Source: Mobula hypostoma (lineage: Eukaryota). Taken from it: a stretch of 64,000 nt of DNA. The stretch's first letter is position 1. Each line of letters begins with the position of its first letter. The stretch spans positions 202,122,001 to 202,186,000 of the forward strand of contig NC_086097.1 of assembly GCF_963921235.1 (NCBI RefSeq), in the 5' to 3' direction. A model generated the notes under the pieces. It saw only the letters and a list, made by a program, of their open reading frames with translations, did not search any database and was not told the origin of the DNA. Positions 1 through 12,040 of the stretch are shown here, in pieces. The position numbers and the translations under genes were made by a program.

Positions 1-139
1 GCTAATTTACTTTGCTGAGTTTTGTGTGTGTTGCTTAATGAAGGAAGTCAAGATCCCCGGATAAATGATGTTGTGGAGAACAATTACAAATGCTTCCATA
101 TAATTCCATATTAAAATTTTCTAAGTGCAAAAGACAGGG

Positions 140-370
140 TATGCGTTTAGCGTAATGCCATTACTGAGCCAGTGACATGGATTTGATTCCCGCCGCTGTA
201 TATAAGGAGTTTGTGCTTTCACCCTGTGACTGCATGGGTTTCCTCCAGGTGCTCCGGTTTCCTTCCACATTCCAAAGATGTACAGGTTAGTCGGTAGTTT
301 GGTCACATGGGTGTAAATGAGCAGCATGCAATTGTTGGGCTGTAAAGGCCTGTTCTTATGCTGTATCTCT
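140..370 (+). mobile_element. tRNA-derived V-SINE (HE1-like)
   Basis: Contains the V-domain core GGAGTTTG...CCCTGTGACTGCATGGGTTTCCTCCAGGTGCTCCGGTTTCCTTCCACATTCCAAAGA and a CR1-like 3' tail GGCCTGTTCTTATGCTGTATCTCT. Confidence 0.8.
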
Positions 371-1455
371 ACGAACCGATTTCCAACAATCACTGATTTC
401 AAAATATACATCTATACAGCTGGGACAATATTATGGACAATGAAATACCTCTGAAATTACAAACTGTTATTCTAAGCAGGTGCTACACCTTTCCCAAGGG
501 TGACCTGCAGGCTAGTGGAGGGAAGGAGTGCTTTACACCTCCTTTGATAGAGACATATCTGCACCCCGCCATGCAGAACATATAATCCAGGTAAGTTTAA
601 GAAAGAACACAATATCTTCTATTGAGATAGAAACCCAAGGAATTCACCTTGGATTTCTTGGCATAAATCAGTGTATCATTTTACACAAATACTTGAATAT
701 CTCCTCAACCAATTTGGCTCAGACTGTAATCAGTTGTTCAAGAGATCACAAGCTCACATGTCTAAATGGTCTAATGTCTAAATGTGGGCACAGTGTTTAA
801 AGTGGTCAAGAACTGAACAAGTTTGACAAGTATTTCAGTACCTACAACAGCTGAGACAGCAGTCCTTTAAGGAGCCACTGGAGGCCACCGATAGCAAGTT
901 AAACATATTTATTTAACTTAATGTGCTGCACCTGGCTTCACAGCGGCACCAAAACTGCTGCCTGGCTGTGTTCACTGCACACTTTCTATTCACCTGTCTG
1001 CCTCTCTATCTGAAGCAGCCAATTTAGTTTCTGTTATAATTTTAGTTGTGCCAATCATTAAAATTCCTAAAGACCTTTTGTGCCTTTTACTTATTAACAT
1101 ATCTTTTACTCCATCTTTCCACTTCCCTCAGATTCCATATGCTTTCTTTTCTGTCCAATTTGCCATATGGGAATTCATCAAAAACCTTGCAAAAATGCAC
1201 GTGGACTCCATCAGCTGCCTCATATCAGTAACCTTACTTTGTTATCTCCTCAAAATTTCAGACAATCTTCAGAATTTCCATTTACAAGTTGACTATCAAT
1301 GACCAGTCTGCAACAATCCAACAATCTGTTAGATGTTGATTAACACTGTTCCACAGCAATTCTTTTCCAAAGCTTTCCCACCATTGATGTTAGACTTACT
1401 GGTCTGCAGTTACTTGATCTATCCTTTTCACCTTTTGCAAATGACAGAGAAGGAC

Positions 1456-1652
1456 TGTTGTGTTCTTTATATGTACCGTGGGTTACTAAGGACAAGTCAT
1501 ATTCTGGAAGAATTAAAACTAGAACTTTTATTTACAACAGCAAACAGCAACCACGTTTTTAACATACAGTTTCTAGATCATTCTATCATTTCCGCGCATG
1601 CTCCGAACTCTGTCCAATCACGTTCTTACAAGTGACACGTGATATCACCACA
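1456..1652 (-). mobile_element. 3' LTR of Gypsy retrotransposon
   Basis: 197 bp bounded by TGTTGTG...CACCACA (imperfect terminal inverted repeat). On the minus strand it is immediately preceded by the polypurine tract AAGGAAAGGAAGA (1653-1665), downstream of the integrase ORF. Confidence 0.75.
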
Positions 1653-1823
1653 TCTTCCTTTCCTTAAAAAGAAAAACAATTAGCAACATTAATCAAAACA
1701 AACGCATAATTTAACATGTCTCTATCAGTCTCTCTGGGGGTTTACAAACACGAGTAGACCTTCTAAGTGAACACGGTTCTTGTGTTTCGTTGTTATTTAC
1801 ATGTGTTGTCTGGTCTGAATCAG

Positions 1824-4701
1824 TTAACTGAACTCTTTCTTGAGGTCTTTGCAATTTCTTCTTAACACTGTTCCTTCGTCTGTTTGGACCATGTATGATC
1901 TGGGCTGTACTTCTTCAAGTACTGTAGCTTTCTGTGTCCACGTGTTCATTTTGTCTTGTATCCTCACTTCATCTCCTTGGTGCAGTTCAGGTAATGGACA
2001 AGAACATCTGTCAAAGTATGTTTTCTGCTTTGCTTTGTGTTCATCTTTCCATCTTTTCACTTGTTCACCTCCCTCGGTTCTCAGAAGGCTCTCATCTATT
2101 GACAGATTGGATCTCAAACGGTGTCCCATCAAGAGCTGAGCATATGAAAATCCACATTCAAGTGGAGTACTACGGTAGGCTAACAAAGCTTTATAGAAAT
2201 CACCTCCACTATCTTTTGCTTTGTGCATCAGTTTCTTGATAATTCCTACCGACTTCTCAACTAATCCATTGGACTGAGGAAGAAATGGACTGGATGTTGT
2301 ATGAACAAAGCCCCATTCATGAGAAAAACGTCTCATACATTCACCATTGGATTGTGGACCATTGTCTGTGAAAACTTCATCAGGTACACCATGTCTGGAA
2401 AAACTGATTTCATGCATGTAATTACGTTCTCTGCTGTTGTTCTGCTCAAACCACACACTTCAGGATACAATGAGTAGTAATTAGATTAGATCAGATTAGA
2501 TTAGATTATGAGGACACGCAGTCCCCTTTTATTGTCATTTAATTATGCATGCATTAAGAAATGATACAATGTTTCTCCAGAATGATATCACAGAAGCACA
2601 TGACAAACCGACTGAAAAACTGACAAAAACCACATAATTATAACATACAGTTACAACAGTGAAAAGCAATACCGTAATTTGATAAAGAACAGACCATGGG
2701 CACACGGTGAAAAGTCTCAAAGTCTCTCGAAAGTCCCATCATCTCACGCAGACGGTGAACCTCCAGCGCCGCAAACTTGCCGATGCAGCATCCTGGAAGC
2801 ATCCAACCACAGTCCGACTCCGAGTCCGTCTGAAAACTTCGAGCCTCTGACCAGCTCTCCGACACCGAGCACCAAGCACCATCTCTGCCGAGCGCTTCGA
2901 ACCCGGCCCCGGCAACAGGCAATAGGCAAAGCCGAGGATTCGGGGCCTTTCCCTCCGGAGATTCTCGATCGCACAGTAGCAGCGGCAGCGAAGCGGGCAT
3001 TTCAGAAGTTTCTCTGGGTGTTCCTACATGCTTCTCACGGCTGTCTCCATCAAATCAAGATTGTGCACGGCCCCCAGTTAACACATACGATATCATTCGG
3101 AATGGCCACGCGCGCTGCGTCGTGCCGCCATCTTCTCCTCCTCCAGATCTATTAATCTGTTATTAATAGATAACCTTTGTTGTCAGTTACAAAAAGATCC
3201 AACGCTTACCTTCTGATAAGGTCTCTGAAGACTAGGATGCGGATGCAGTGGCTCCTTAGAGTTGCTAGGTTGGTATTTAAAGCATATTTGACTGGAAGAC
3301 ACCAACTCTGCAATTTCTTGATTCGTCCTGGGCCAAAACATCTCTTCCCGTGCCCTTCTCTTACACTTTTCAATACCTAGGTGGCCTTCATGAATTTTCC
3401 CAAGGATTTCTTTTTAGAGACTTTTAGGTATCACAATTCTACTACCTTTGTACAATATCCCATCCAGAACAGACAGTTCTGATCTGTGGTTCCAATAATC
3501 TTGCACTACTGAGGTACAGTCATGCCTATTATCTGGCCATCCATCCATCACCACTTGTATTACCTGACTGAGAATTTTGTCCTTCTCTGTCTCAAGATGC
3601 GGTAGTTCCAACTTTTCGGGAGCAACAGGTACAGTCTCTATGAGCATATCAACAAATGCCCAAACATCAACAGCGTCCCTGTGACTGTCTTTTGTTGTTG
3701 GATCCACAGCTCTGGAAAGTGTGTCAGCCGCGTACATGAATTTTCCAGGTGTGTATGACACATTCAATGCATATCTTTGCAATTTGATCATCATTCGCTG
3801 AATTCGCAAAGGACAGTCACTTAAAGGTTTGCGAAACAATTCAATCAGAGGCTTATGATCAGTTTCAACATCAATAGATTGCCCTGACACAAACTGATGA
3901 AATCTCTCACAAGCAAACATAATGCTGAGCAATTCTTTTTCAATTTGGACATACCTTGTTTCTGGATCAGATAATGAACGAGGTGCATATGTCACTGATA
4001 GCCATTCCTGATCACGTTTTAGGAGTAATACTGCCCCTAAGCCTGCTTGAGATGCATCACATGGGATTTTGATGGGTCTCTCAGCATCATAGAATTTCAA
4101 CACAGGTTCTTTGGTGAGCACTTTCTTGAGATTTTGCCATGCCTTCTCCTGTTCATGAATCCGGCTCCATTCGTTTTTCTTTTCTGTTAGCTGCTCAATG
4201 GAGCAAGCTGTTCTGAAAGATTGGGTATGAATTTTCCCATGTAGTTGACCAATCCCATAAACCTTGGAACATCCTTTTTAAATTGCGGTCTTGGAATGTT
4301 CTCAATAGCAGAAACCTTCAATGGATCAGGACACACACCTTCTTTGCTGATGATATCACCCACAGAGGTAAGTTCAGTCACTCCTAGCTGACATTTGTCT
4401 TTATGCAACTTCAGGTTTGCCTTGCGTGTTTCCTCTAAGACTTGTCTGAGTCTGGCGTCATGCTCCTGTTTAGATGATCCCCAAACAATAATATCGTCCA
4501 TGGATGTATCCACACGCTCAGTGTGCTCATGTAGCATGTGAATGGTTTTATGGTACACTTCAGGAGCTGATGCAATTCCAAATGGAAGCCGAAGAAAACA
4601 GTATCTGCCTAAAGGAGTGTTAAAGGTACACAACTTTGAACTCGGTTCATCTAGTTTAAGTTGCCAGAATCCAGAGATGCATCTAATTTACTAAGGTACT
4701 T
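1824..4701 (-). pseudogene. Gypsy/Ty3 pol remnant (RT, RNase H, integrase), fragmented
   Basis: RT: KLDAS..FWQ, RLPFGIASAPEVY, SMDDIIVWG. RNase H: CDASQAGLGAVL, EKELL, ETDHKPL, ADTLSRA. Integrase: DYYS, TDNGPQ, PQSNGLVEK, YRSTPL. Domain order RT-RH-IN is Gypsy-type. Interrupted at 2481-3152 and truncated at ~4702. Confidence 0.92.
2481..3152 (-). mobile_element. Non-autonomous non-LTR retroelement with (TCTAA)n tail inserted in the Gypsy integrase
   Basis: Splits the integrase codons ACA GAT|TAC TAC TCA. The minus-strand head is GAGGAGGAGAAGATGGCGGC, the body is CpG-rich, and it ends AATAAAAGGG...(TCTAA)n. Confidence 0.75.
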
Positions 4702-4703
4702 TG

Positions 4704-5427
4704 TGGAGGCATGATCAGGTCCTGAAGACCATCACTGAAGCCGTCAGCGCAGGAGTTGAGTGGGCGAAGCGGTCCCGACCCTCCAAGCAGACCATTGCCT
4801 TTGTCAGAGCTGGGGAGCAGCCAATACCTGCCAAAAGAACATCTGCAGGCATTCTGATCTCTGCAAGGGACTGGCAGCTGTTGGTGGACCTCGAAGGGCA
4901 GCTGAAGTTCCCCAACCATATCGCAGCCACCACCCTGCGACCAGACATTGTCCTAATGTCTGAGTCTACTAAGCAAGTGGTGCTGCTGGAGCTGACAGTC
5001 CCATGGGAAGATAGCTTGGAAGAGGCCTTTGAAAAGAAGCTCTCCAAGTACGCAGGACTGGTCAGCAACTGTCAGCAGGCTGGATGGAGAGCGAGGTGTC
5101 TCCCAGTGGAGGTTGGTTGTAGGGGATTCGTAGCCCATTCTTTAGTTAGGGCCTTCAGCATTTTGGGCATCGAGGGAGAGAGGAAGAGGAGAGTCATCCG
5201 CAGTACCACCGATGCGGCAGAGAGGGCCTCAAGATGGCTGTGGCTCAAGAGAGGGGAGCCATGGAGTCATAAGTAGCTAGCCATCTAGACACAAGCTGGG
5301 GTCTGGTCAGCCCCGGCTGGGTCACCTGGAGGAGGTTATATGATGTTGAAAGACCCGAAACACCTGATGATTCCAGGAACATCACTGAAGATGTGTCCAG
5401 AAGCATCAATAGATGTACGTACACAGC
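4704..5427 (+). mobile_element. 5'-truncated HERO/R2-group non-LTR retrotransposon: restriction-like endonuclease domain and 3' UTR
   Basis: ORF 4701-5276 has the RLE motifs RHDQVL, RPDIV, ELTVPWE, KLSKY and PVEVGCRGF, with an uninterrupted frame to the stop. Confidence 0.88.
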
Positions 5428-6245
5428 TTACTTTTCAATTTGGCTTTGCAACTTACCTATTTTTAATTATCTTTAATTTCTTAATATGCCTTTAAAAGAG
5501 GACCTACTCATCTTTATTATCCCTTTTACCTTCATATTTGTCAAACAGTTTAGAGTTTTCCTTGATTTTTAACTATAATATAGTTTAAGGATCCTCTTTG
5601 GCTTTCTAATTTTTTTTTAAATTCAGTTCAGCTTCCTCTATGTTTCTCTCGTCCTCTGTACCATTGAGCACATCCCAGTTTTCTCTTATTTTACCCAATG
5701 TCTTGGGGGGGTCAAGACTGAGAACCAGCCTTTTCTTTTATTAATAACATATTTGATGTGAGCCCACAGTCATCTCATTGAATGACCCACTTTGATCATT
5801 TCCTTCCAAATAGCTGCTTTACATTTTGCTTCTGCAAAATTGCATTCAGCCACGAAAAAAAAGCTATTTTTAAAAGTTAATCCTGTTCCATGACTATGCC
5901 AGATCTAACTCAATTATGATGTCTTCAAAATACTTTCCAGCTTGTATCCTCTCCATTTGTACACACCTATCATTATACCACATGTAAAATTGATGACAAT
6001 TACTGCACACCTCCAACTGAACCAATATCTGCAGAACATTCTGTAATCACCACTACCTGCTCATGAATTTGACGTTCTGGCAGTATCTTCAATTAAAATG
6101 GTGGAGATCTATAACATTTCTATTTATAGTTAAAATATCACAAAGCATTTCCGGAAAAATAAAGGAATAACAGTGTTGATGCATAAAAGAACAGGAAAAC
6201 AAAATAATAGCTGAAGGTTTTTCAGCATGTTTTTAATTCTGCTCT

Positions 6246-6280
6246 GTGTGTGTGTGTGTGTGTGTGGGGGGGGGGAGGGG
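6246..6280. repeat. (TG)n microsatellite followed by poly-G
   Basis: Directly visible. Confidence 0.9.
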
Positions 6281-6549
6281 TATGGGCTTGTCTTAGACAA
6301 GAGAAAATGGTATCCATTCATCTCCATGTATGGATACGACATGGAGACATCTGTCATGTAAAGTCATGTTAATCATGTTGTGACTATTCCTTCAAAGGGA
6401 TAATATTGTAATCTAAACTCAACCCTAACTTTTCCAAGATTTTTTGTTTGAGTCCTTACAATCATTTCAATGAACCAGGTTTAATGACAACCTATGTGAT
6501 TGTGACAGAAGCTATTTCACCCATCCACCCTTGTACTTCCAGACTTTTG

Positions 6550-9500
6550 GACTCTGTGGAGATTGTTGTTAAGCCGACAAACAAAGTCAGGAATCAAAAG
6601 GCTGAGCATAGTTGGACTAATATTCTGAGTTCAGTGCAAGGAGTATTGTAAGGAAGGCAGATGAGCTTTGGGCTTGGATCGGCACATGAAATTATGACTT
6701 TATAGCCATTGGTGAGACTTGGTTGCAGGAGGGCAGGGCCAGCAGCTCAATGTTCTGGGTTGTCATTGTTTTGGACATGATAGAATGGGAGGGATTAAAG
6801 GGGGAGGGGCGGCATTACCCGTCTGGGAAAATGTCAGACAGGATGGGGCAGACTGGAAAGCTCATTTTCTGAGGTTTATGGGTAGAACAGATGAATAAGA
6901 AGGATATGACCATGTTAGTGGGATTATACTATACACCACTCAACAGACTGCAGGATTTAGAGGAACAAATTGGTAGTGAGATCACAGACTGTTGCAAGAA
7001 ACATGAGGTTGTGATATTAGGTGATTTTAACTTTCCACGTATTGACTGGGGGTCCCACACTGTAAAAAGGTTGGATGGGAAAGAATTTGTCATATGTGTT
7101 CAAGAAGCTTTCTTTAATCAGTATGAAGAAATTCCAGTGAGAGGGAGTGCAATACTGGATCTCCTATCAGGAAATGGGACGGGGAGTGCAGGGGAACACT
7201 TTGCATCTAGTGATCATAATGCTATCAGTTTCAAGGTAATTATGGAAAAGGATAGGTCGGGTCCTCTGGGTGAGATTCTAAATTGGAGAAAGGCCAACTT
7301 TGATGGAATCAGGAAGGATCTGGCACACCTGGATTGGGGCAGATGGTTTTCTGGCAAAGGTGTACTTTAAAAGTGAAATTTTGAGGGTATGGAGTTTGTA
7401 TGTTCCTGTCAGAAGAAAAGGCAAAGGTAACAGGTTTAGGGAACCTTATCTGAGAGACACTGAGGCCCTGATTAAGAAAAAGAAAGTGCATAGCAGGTAT
7501 AGGCAAGTAGGAACAAATGAGCTACTTAAGGACTATAGAAATGCAAGAGAATATTTAAGAAGGAAATCAGGAAGGTTAAAAAAAAAGGCATGAGGTTGCT
7601 CTAGCAGACAAGCTGAAGGAGTATCCTAAGGGCTTCTGCAGATAAACGTTAAGAGCAAAAGTATACCAAGGGACAGAATTGGTTCTCCGGAAGATTAGAG
7701 TGGTAAACTATGCGTGGAGCCGATAGATATGGGGAAGATATTAAATGGAGTTTTTGCATCTGCATTTACTTGGGGGACAGACACAGAGTCCATGGAAGTG
7801 AGGCAAAGCAGCACTGAGGTCATGGACCCTATACACTATAGATTACAGAAGAGGAGGTGTTTGTTGTGGATAAATCCCCAGGGATTGACAAGGTGTTTCC
7901 TTGAATCCAATGTGGGGGGGGGGGGCGAGTGCAGAAATTGCAGGGGTGTGGGCAGAGATTTTTAAAAATCCTTAGTCATGAGTGAGGTGCTGGAAAATTA
8001 GAGGATAGCTAATGTTGTTCAGTGTTTAAGAAAGGAAAATATAGGCCAGTCAGCCAGATACCATTAATGGGAAAGTTATTGGAAGGTGTTCTAAGGGACC
8101 GGGTATAAAAGTATTTGGATAGACAGGGAATGATTAATGATAGTCAACATGGCTTTGTGCGTGGTATGTCATCTCCAACCAACCTTATCGAGTTTTTCAG
8201 GGAAGTTACTAGGAAAGTTGATGAAGGGAAGGCAGTGGATATAGTTAATATGGATTTTAGCAAGAACTTTGACAAGATCCCACATGGGAGGTTGTTCAAG
8301 AAGGTTTAGTTGCTTGTTATTCAAGATGAGGTAGTAAATTGGATTAGACATTGGCTTCACGTGAGAAGCCAAAAAGTGGGAGTAGATGGTTGCCTCTCTG
8401 ACTGGAGACCTGTGCCACAGGGATCGGTGCTGTGTCCATCGTTGTTTGTCATCTATATCAACTATCTGGATGATAATGTGGTCAACTGGATGAACAAGCA
8501 TGCGGATGACACCAAGACTGGGGTGTAGTGGGCAGTGAGGAAGACTATCAAAGCTTGCAGTGGGATTTGGACTAGCTGGAAAAAAGGGCTTGAAAATGAC
8601 AGAAGGAATAGGAGCAGGGATGTGATGTTGAGGCTCTATAAGGCGCTGGTGAGACCTCACTTGGGGTACTGTGGGCAGTTTTGGTCTCCTTATTTAAGAA
8701 AGGATGTGCTGACGTTGGAGAGGGTACAGAGAAGATTCACTAGAATGATTCCGGGAATGAGAGGGTTAACATATGAGGAACCTTTGTCCGCTCTTGGACT
8801 GTATTCCTTGGAGTTTAGAAGAATGAGGGGAGACCTCATAGAAACATTTCGAATGTTAAAAGGCATGGACAGAGTGGATGTGGCAAAGTTGTTTCCCATG
8901 GTGGGGGAGTCTAGTACGAGAGGGCATGACTTCAGGATTGAAGGGCGCCCTTTCAGAACAGAAATGTGAAAAAATTTTTTTAGTCGGAGGGTGGTGAATC
9001 TATGGAATTTGTTGCCACGGGCAGCAGTGGAGGCCAAGTCATTGGGTGTATTTAAGGCAGAGATTGATAGGTATCTGAGTAGCCAGGGCATCAAAGGTTA
9101 TGGTGAGAAGGCGGGGCAGTGGGACTAAATAGGATAAAATGGATCAGCTCATGATAAAATGGCAGAGCAGACTCGATGGGCCGAATGGCCTACTTCTGCT
9201 CCTTTGTCTTATGGTCTTATGGAATTTAATGCCGACAATAGTAAAGGATGTCACTTTTGGGAGGACCACACAGGGAAGGTCCTACATGGTATGCAGAAGG
9301 GCACTGAGAGGTGTGGTAGAACAGAGGGATCTGGGAATACAGATCCATAATTCCAAGAAAGTGGCATCACAGGTGGCTAGGGTCATAAAGTACAGCAGTT
9401 GGGTTGTTATGCTGATGTTGTACAAGAGGTTTGTGAGGCCTAATTTGGAGTATTGTGTCCAGTTTTGGTATCTAACTATAGGAAAGATGTAAATTTTCTC

Positions 9501-9975
9501 TGCATTCTTTCAATCTTATTTACAAGAATGTTGCCAGGACTTGAGCACCCAGTTTACAAAGAAAGACTGAATAGGTTAGGACTTTATTCCTTGAACATAG
9601 AAGATTGGGGGGGAGGGAGATTGATAGAGGTATACAAAATTATGAGGGGTATAGATCGGGTAAATATAAACAGGCTTTTTTCACGGAGGTTGGATGAGAC
9701 TGCAACTAGAAGTCATGGGTTAGGGGTGAAAAGTGAAAAGTTTAAGGGGAACATGATGGGAAACTTCATCACTCAGAGGGTGGTGAGAGTGTGGAATGAG
9801 CTGCCAGTGCAGGTGATAGATTGGAGTTTGATTTCAGCATCTAAGAGAAATTTGGATAAGTAAATGGGATGGAATGGGTATAGGGGGCTATGGACCAAGT
9901 GCAAGTCAATGGGATGAGGCAGAAAAGACTAGATGGGCCAAATGGTCTGCTTCTGTGCTGTAGTGTTCTATGATA
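6550..9975 (+). mobile_element. Decayed CR1 LINE (APE endonuclease and RT), with a nested younger CR1 3' fragment
   Basis: GDFNFPRIDW, ILDLL, SDHNAISF, SQHGFVRG, MDFSKNFDKIPH, VPQGSVL, ADDTK and RPNLEYCVQFW are present. Ends in a CR1 3' UTR with TGCTGTAGTGTTCTATG. Confidence 0.9.
8607..9220 (+). mobile_element. Young CR1 3' fragment nested in the older CR1
   Basis: DVMLRLYKALVRPHLGYC...RGHDFRIEG, ending in the (TCTTATGG)2 tail. The host CR1 resumes at GGAATTTAATGC; GGAAT is present at both junctions. Confidence 0.85.
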
Positions 9976-10014
9976 TCTTTAAGGAGTCCTGCACAAGAAC
10001 TCCCAAGTCTCCTG

Positions 10015-10850
10015 AGGCCAATTAGGGTGGATAAATCCTTAGGCTTTGACAAGGTGTCTCCTCAGATTTTGTGGGAGGCTAATTCATAAATTTCAGGGAT
10101 ATTTAAAACATCCTCAGCCACAGGTGAAATGCCTGAAGACTGGAGGATAGCTAATGCTGTTCTATTGTTCAAGAAAGGTTCTAAGAATAAGCCAGCAAAT
10201 TATAGGCCAGTGAGCCCGATGTCAGTCATGGGTAAATTACTGGAGGTATTCTAGGGACAGGATAAGGAAGGCAAATGCAATGCTAGCATTCATTTCAAGA
10301 GGATAAGAATGTAAAGGCAAGGATGTGATGCTGAGGCTTTGTAAGCCATTAGTCAGACCACACTTGGGGTATTGTGAGAATCTCAATAGTACAGAGGACT
10401 AGAATAATACAAAAGAGGCTGAGTTGAATTTAAAAAAAACATTAGGAGGATTTTGGACCTCCTAAGAAAGGATGATGATGATGATGATAATAATTAATAA
10501 TAGTAAGTACTTTATTGATCCCAAGTGGGAAATTATTGATATTGCAGAAGGGAGGTTTACAAAAATTATCTTGTGTATGAGGAGCATGTGATGGTTCTCG
10601 GCTCATAGTCACTAGACTTCAGAAGGATGATAGAGGATCTCATTGAAACCTACGGAATACTGAAAGGCCCAGTTAGAGTGGATGTGGAAGGAATGTTTCC
10701 ATTACTGGGCGCATCTAAGACCAGAGGGCACAGCCTCAGAATAAAAGTACATCACTTTGGAACAGAGGTGAGGAGCAATTTGTTTACTTAGAGGATGGTG
10801 AGTCTGGAATTCATTGCCATACATGGCTGTGGAGGCCAAGTCATTGGGTA
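10015..10850 (+). mobile_element. Additional decayed CR1 fragments
   Basis: PEDWRIANAV..KKG..NYRPVS segment followed by the RT C-terminal and 3' region. Confidence 0.75.
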
Positions 10851-11114
10851 TTGTAGCAAGCATTTGGTCCATGATGACAGACGAGAGGAGCTCGTTAAAC
10901 TCAACCGCTGTTTTTATTGCGATGAGCACGGTGAGAACTACTCAGTCAAATACAGCCAGGGATGGTGATTATTACACACTCCGGTTGCAGTCAGTGTGAC
11001 CCACAAACACACAAGCGAACAACTATACTGTATAACCCGAAATAAATTGTAATGATAAATGAACAATAATTCCACGAATGTATTATAAAAGAAGAACAAT
11101 AAGCTGCACTGGCC

Positions 11115-11457
11115 ATGAGGACACCCAGGGCATGCCCTTTTCTTATTGTTACCATTGGGTAGGAGGTACAAAAGCCTGAAGGCACACACTCAGTGATTCA
11201 GGAACAGCTTCTTCCCCTCTGCCATCCGATTCCTAAATGGATATTGAATCTTTGGATACTACCTCACTTTTTTTTAATATACGGTATTTCTATTTTGCAT
11301 GTTTTTAAAATCAATTCAAAATAAGTAATTGATTTACTTGTTTATTTATTTGTTTAAATCTTTTCTGCGAGATTATGTATTGCATTGAACTGCTGCTGCT
11401 AAGTTAACAAATTTCACGTCACATGCCGGTGATAATAAACCTGATTCTGAATCTGAA
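11115..11457 (+). mobile_element. Rex1/Babar-type LINE 3' end
   Basis: HPGHALF..LP.GRRYKSLK..RFRNSFFP-type terminus, AT-rich UTR and AATAAACCTGATTCTGAATCTGA tail. Confidence 0.75.
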
Positions 11458-12040
11458 TGCAGCAGCCAGCGTCAACTGCAGTCCCAGAGCGTCACATTGC
11501 CCCCACCAGAGGGGTCAGTCATCCCTGGGAACCCCAGAGTCCACAACAAAGTCCAAACATCCTGGTGGTGGTTGATGCACTGCCTGGGGCACTGGGGGTG
11601 GGGGTGTCTGTAGCTCCCTCCCCACCCGTTGGTGACCGTAGACAGCTGGACCGCTGTCGTTGTCCACCGAGGTGGGGATGGCTGGTTTGTGTTGGGGCAG
11701 TCATCCGAAGGGATGATGGTGATGGTTGACCCAGTATCCACCAATGAACATCTGATACCTTCCACCACACAGTCCACATATTAGCCTTGCTCTTCACCCA
11801 AACAGTTCATCCATGCAGGCGACAATTGAGGGATTCTGCAGGCAGTCTCAGGAGGCACTTTGGGCGGGATGGGGGGGTGAAATATCTGTTCCTTCTCCAC
11901 CTCTGCCAGCAATGATGTCAGGCGTATGTGCTGCCGAAGGCACTCCAGTGTCAGCGCCTTTACAAAGACGTGAAGGGCAAGCTCTTCCTGGGCCGCGGGA
12001 GGGAACCGAGTTCTTGTTGTTGAAGTGTTCCTGACATTCC
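11458..12040 (-). pseudogene. Degenerate LTR-retrotransposon protease/gag fragment
   Basis: Aspartic protease motif CSLVDTGSTITII in ORF 11472-11777. A TG-starting LTR-like segment begins at ~10852 on the other side of the Rex1 insertion. Confidence 0.55.

Noticed and set aside
478..572. Short GC-richer segment with two small hairpins, considered as an HDV-like or twister ribozyme at a retroelement 5' end
   Set aside because: I could not build the nested pseudoknot or conserved catalytic residues of either class. It is probably just a repeat fragment.
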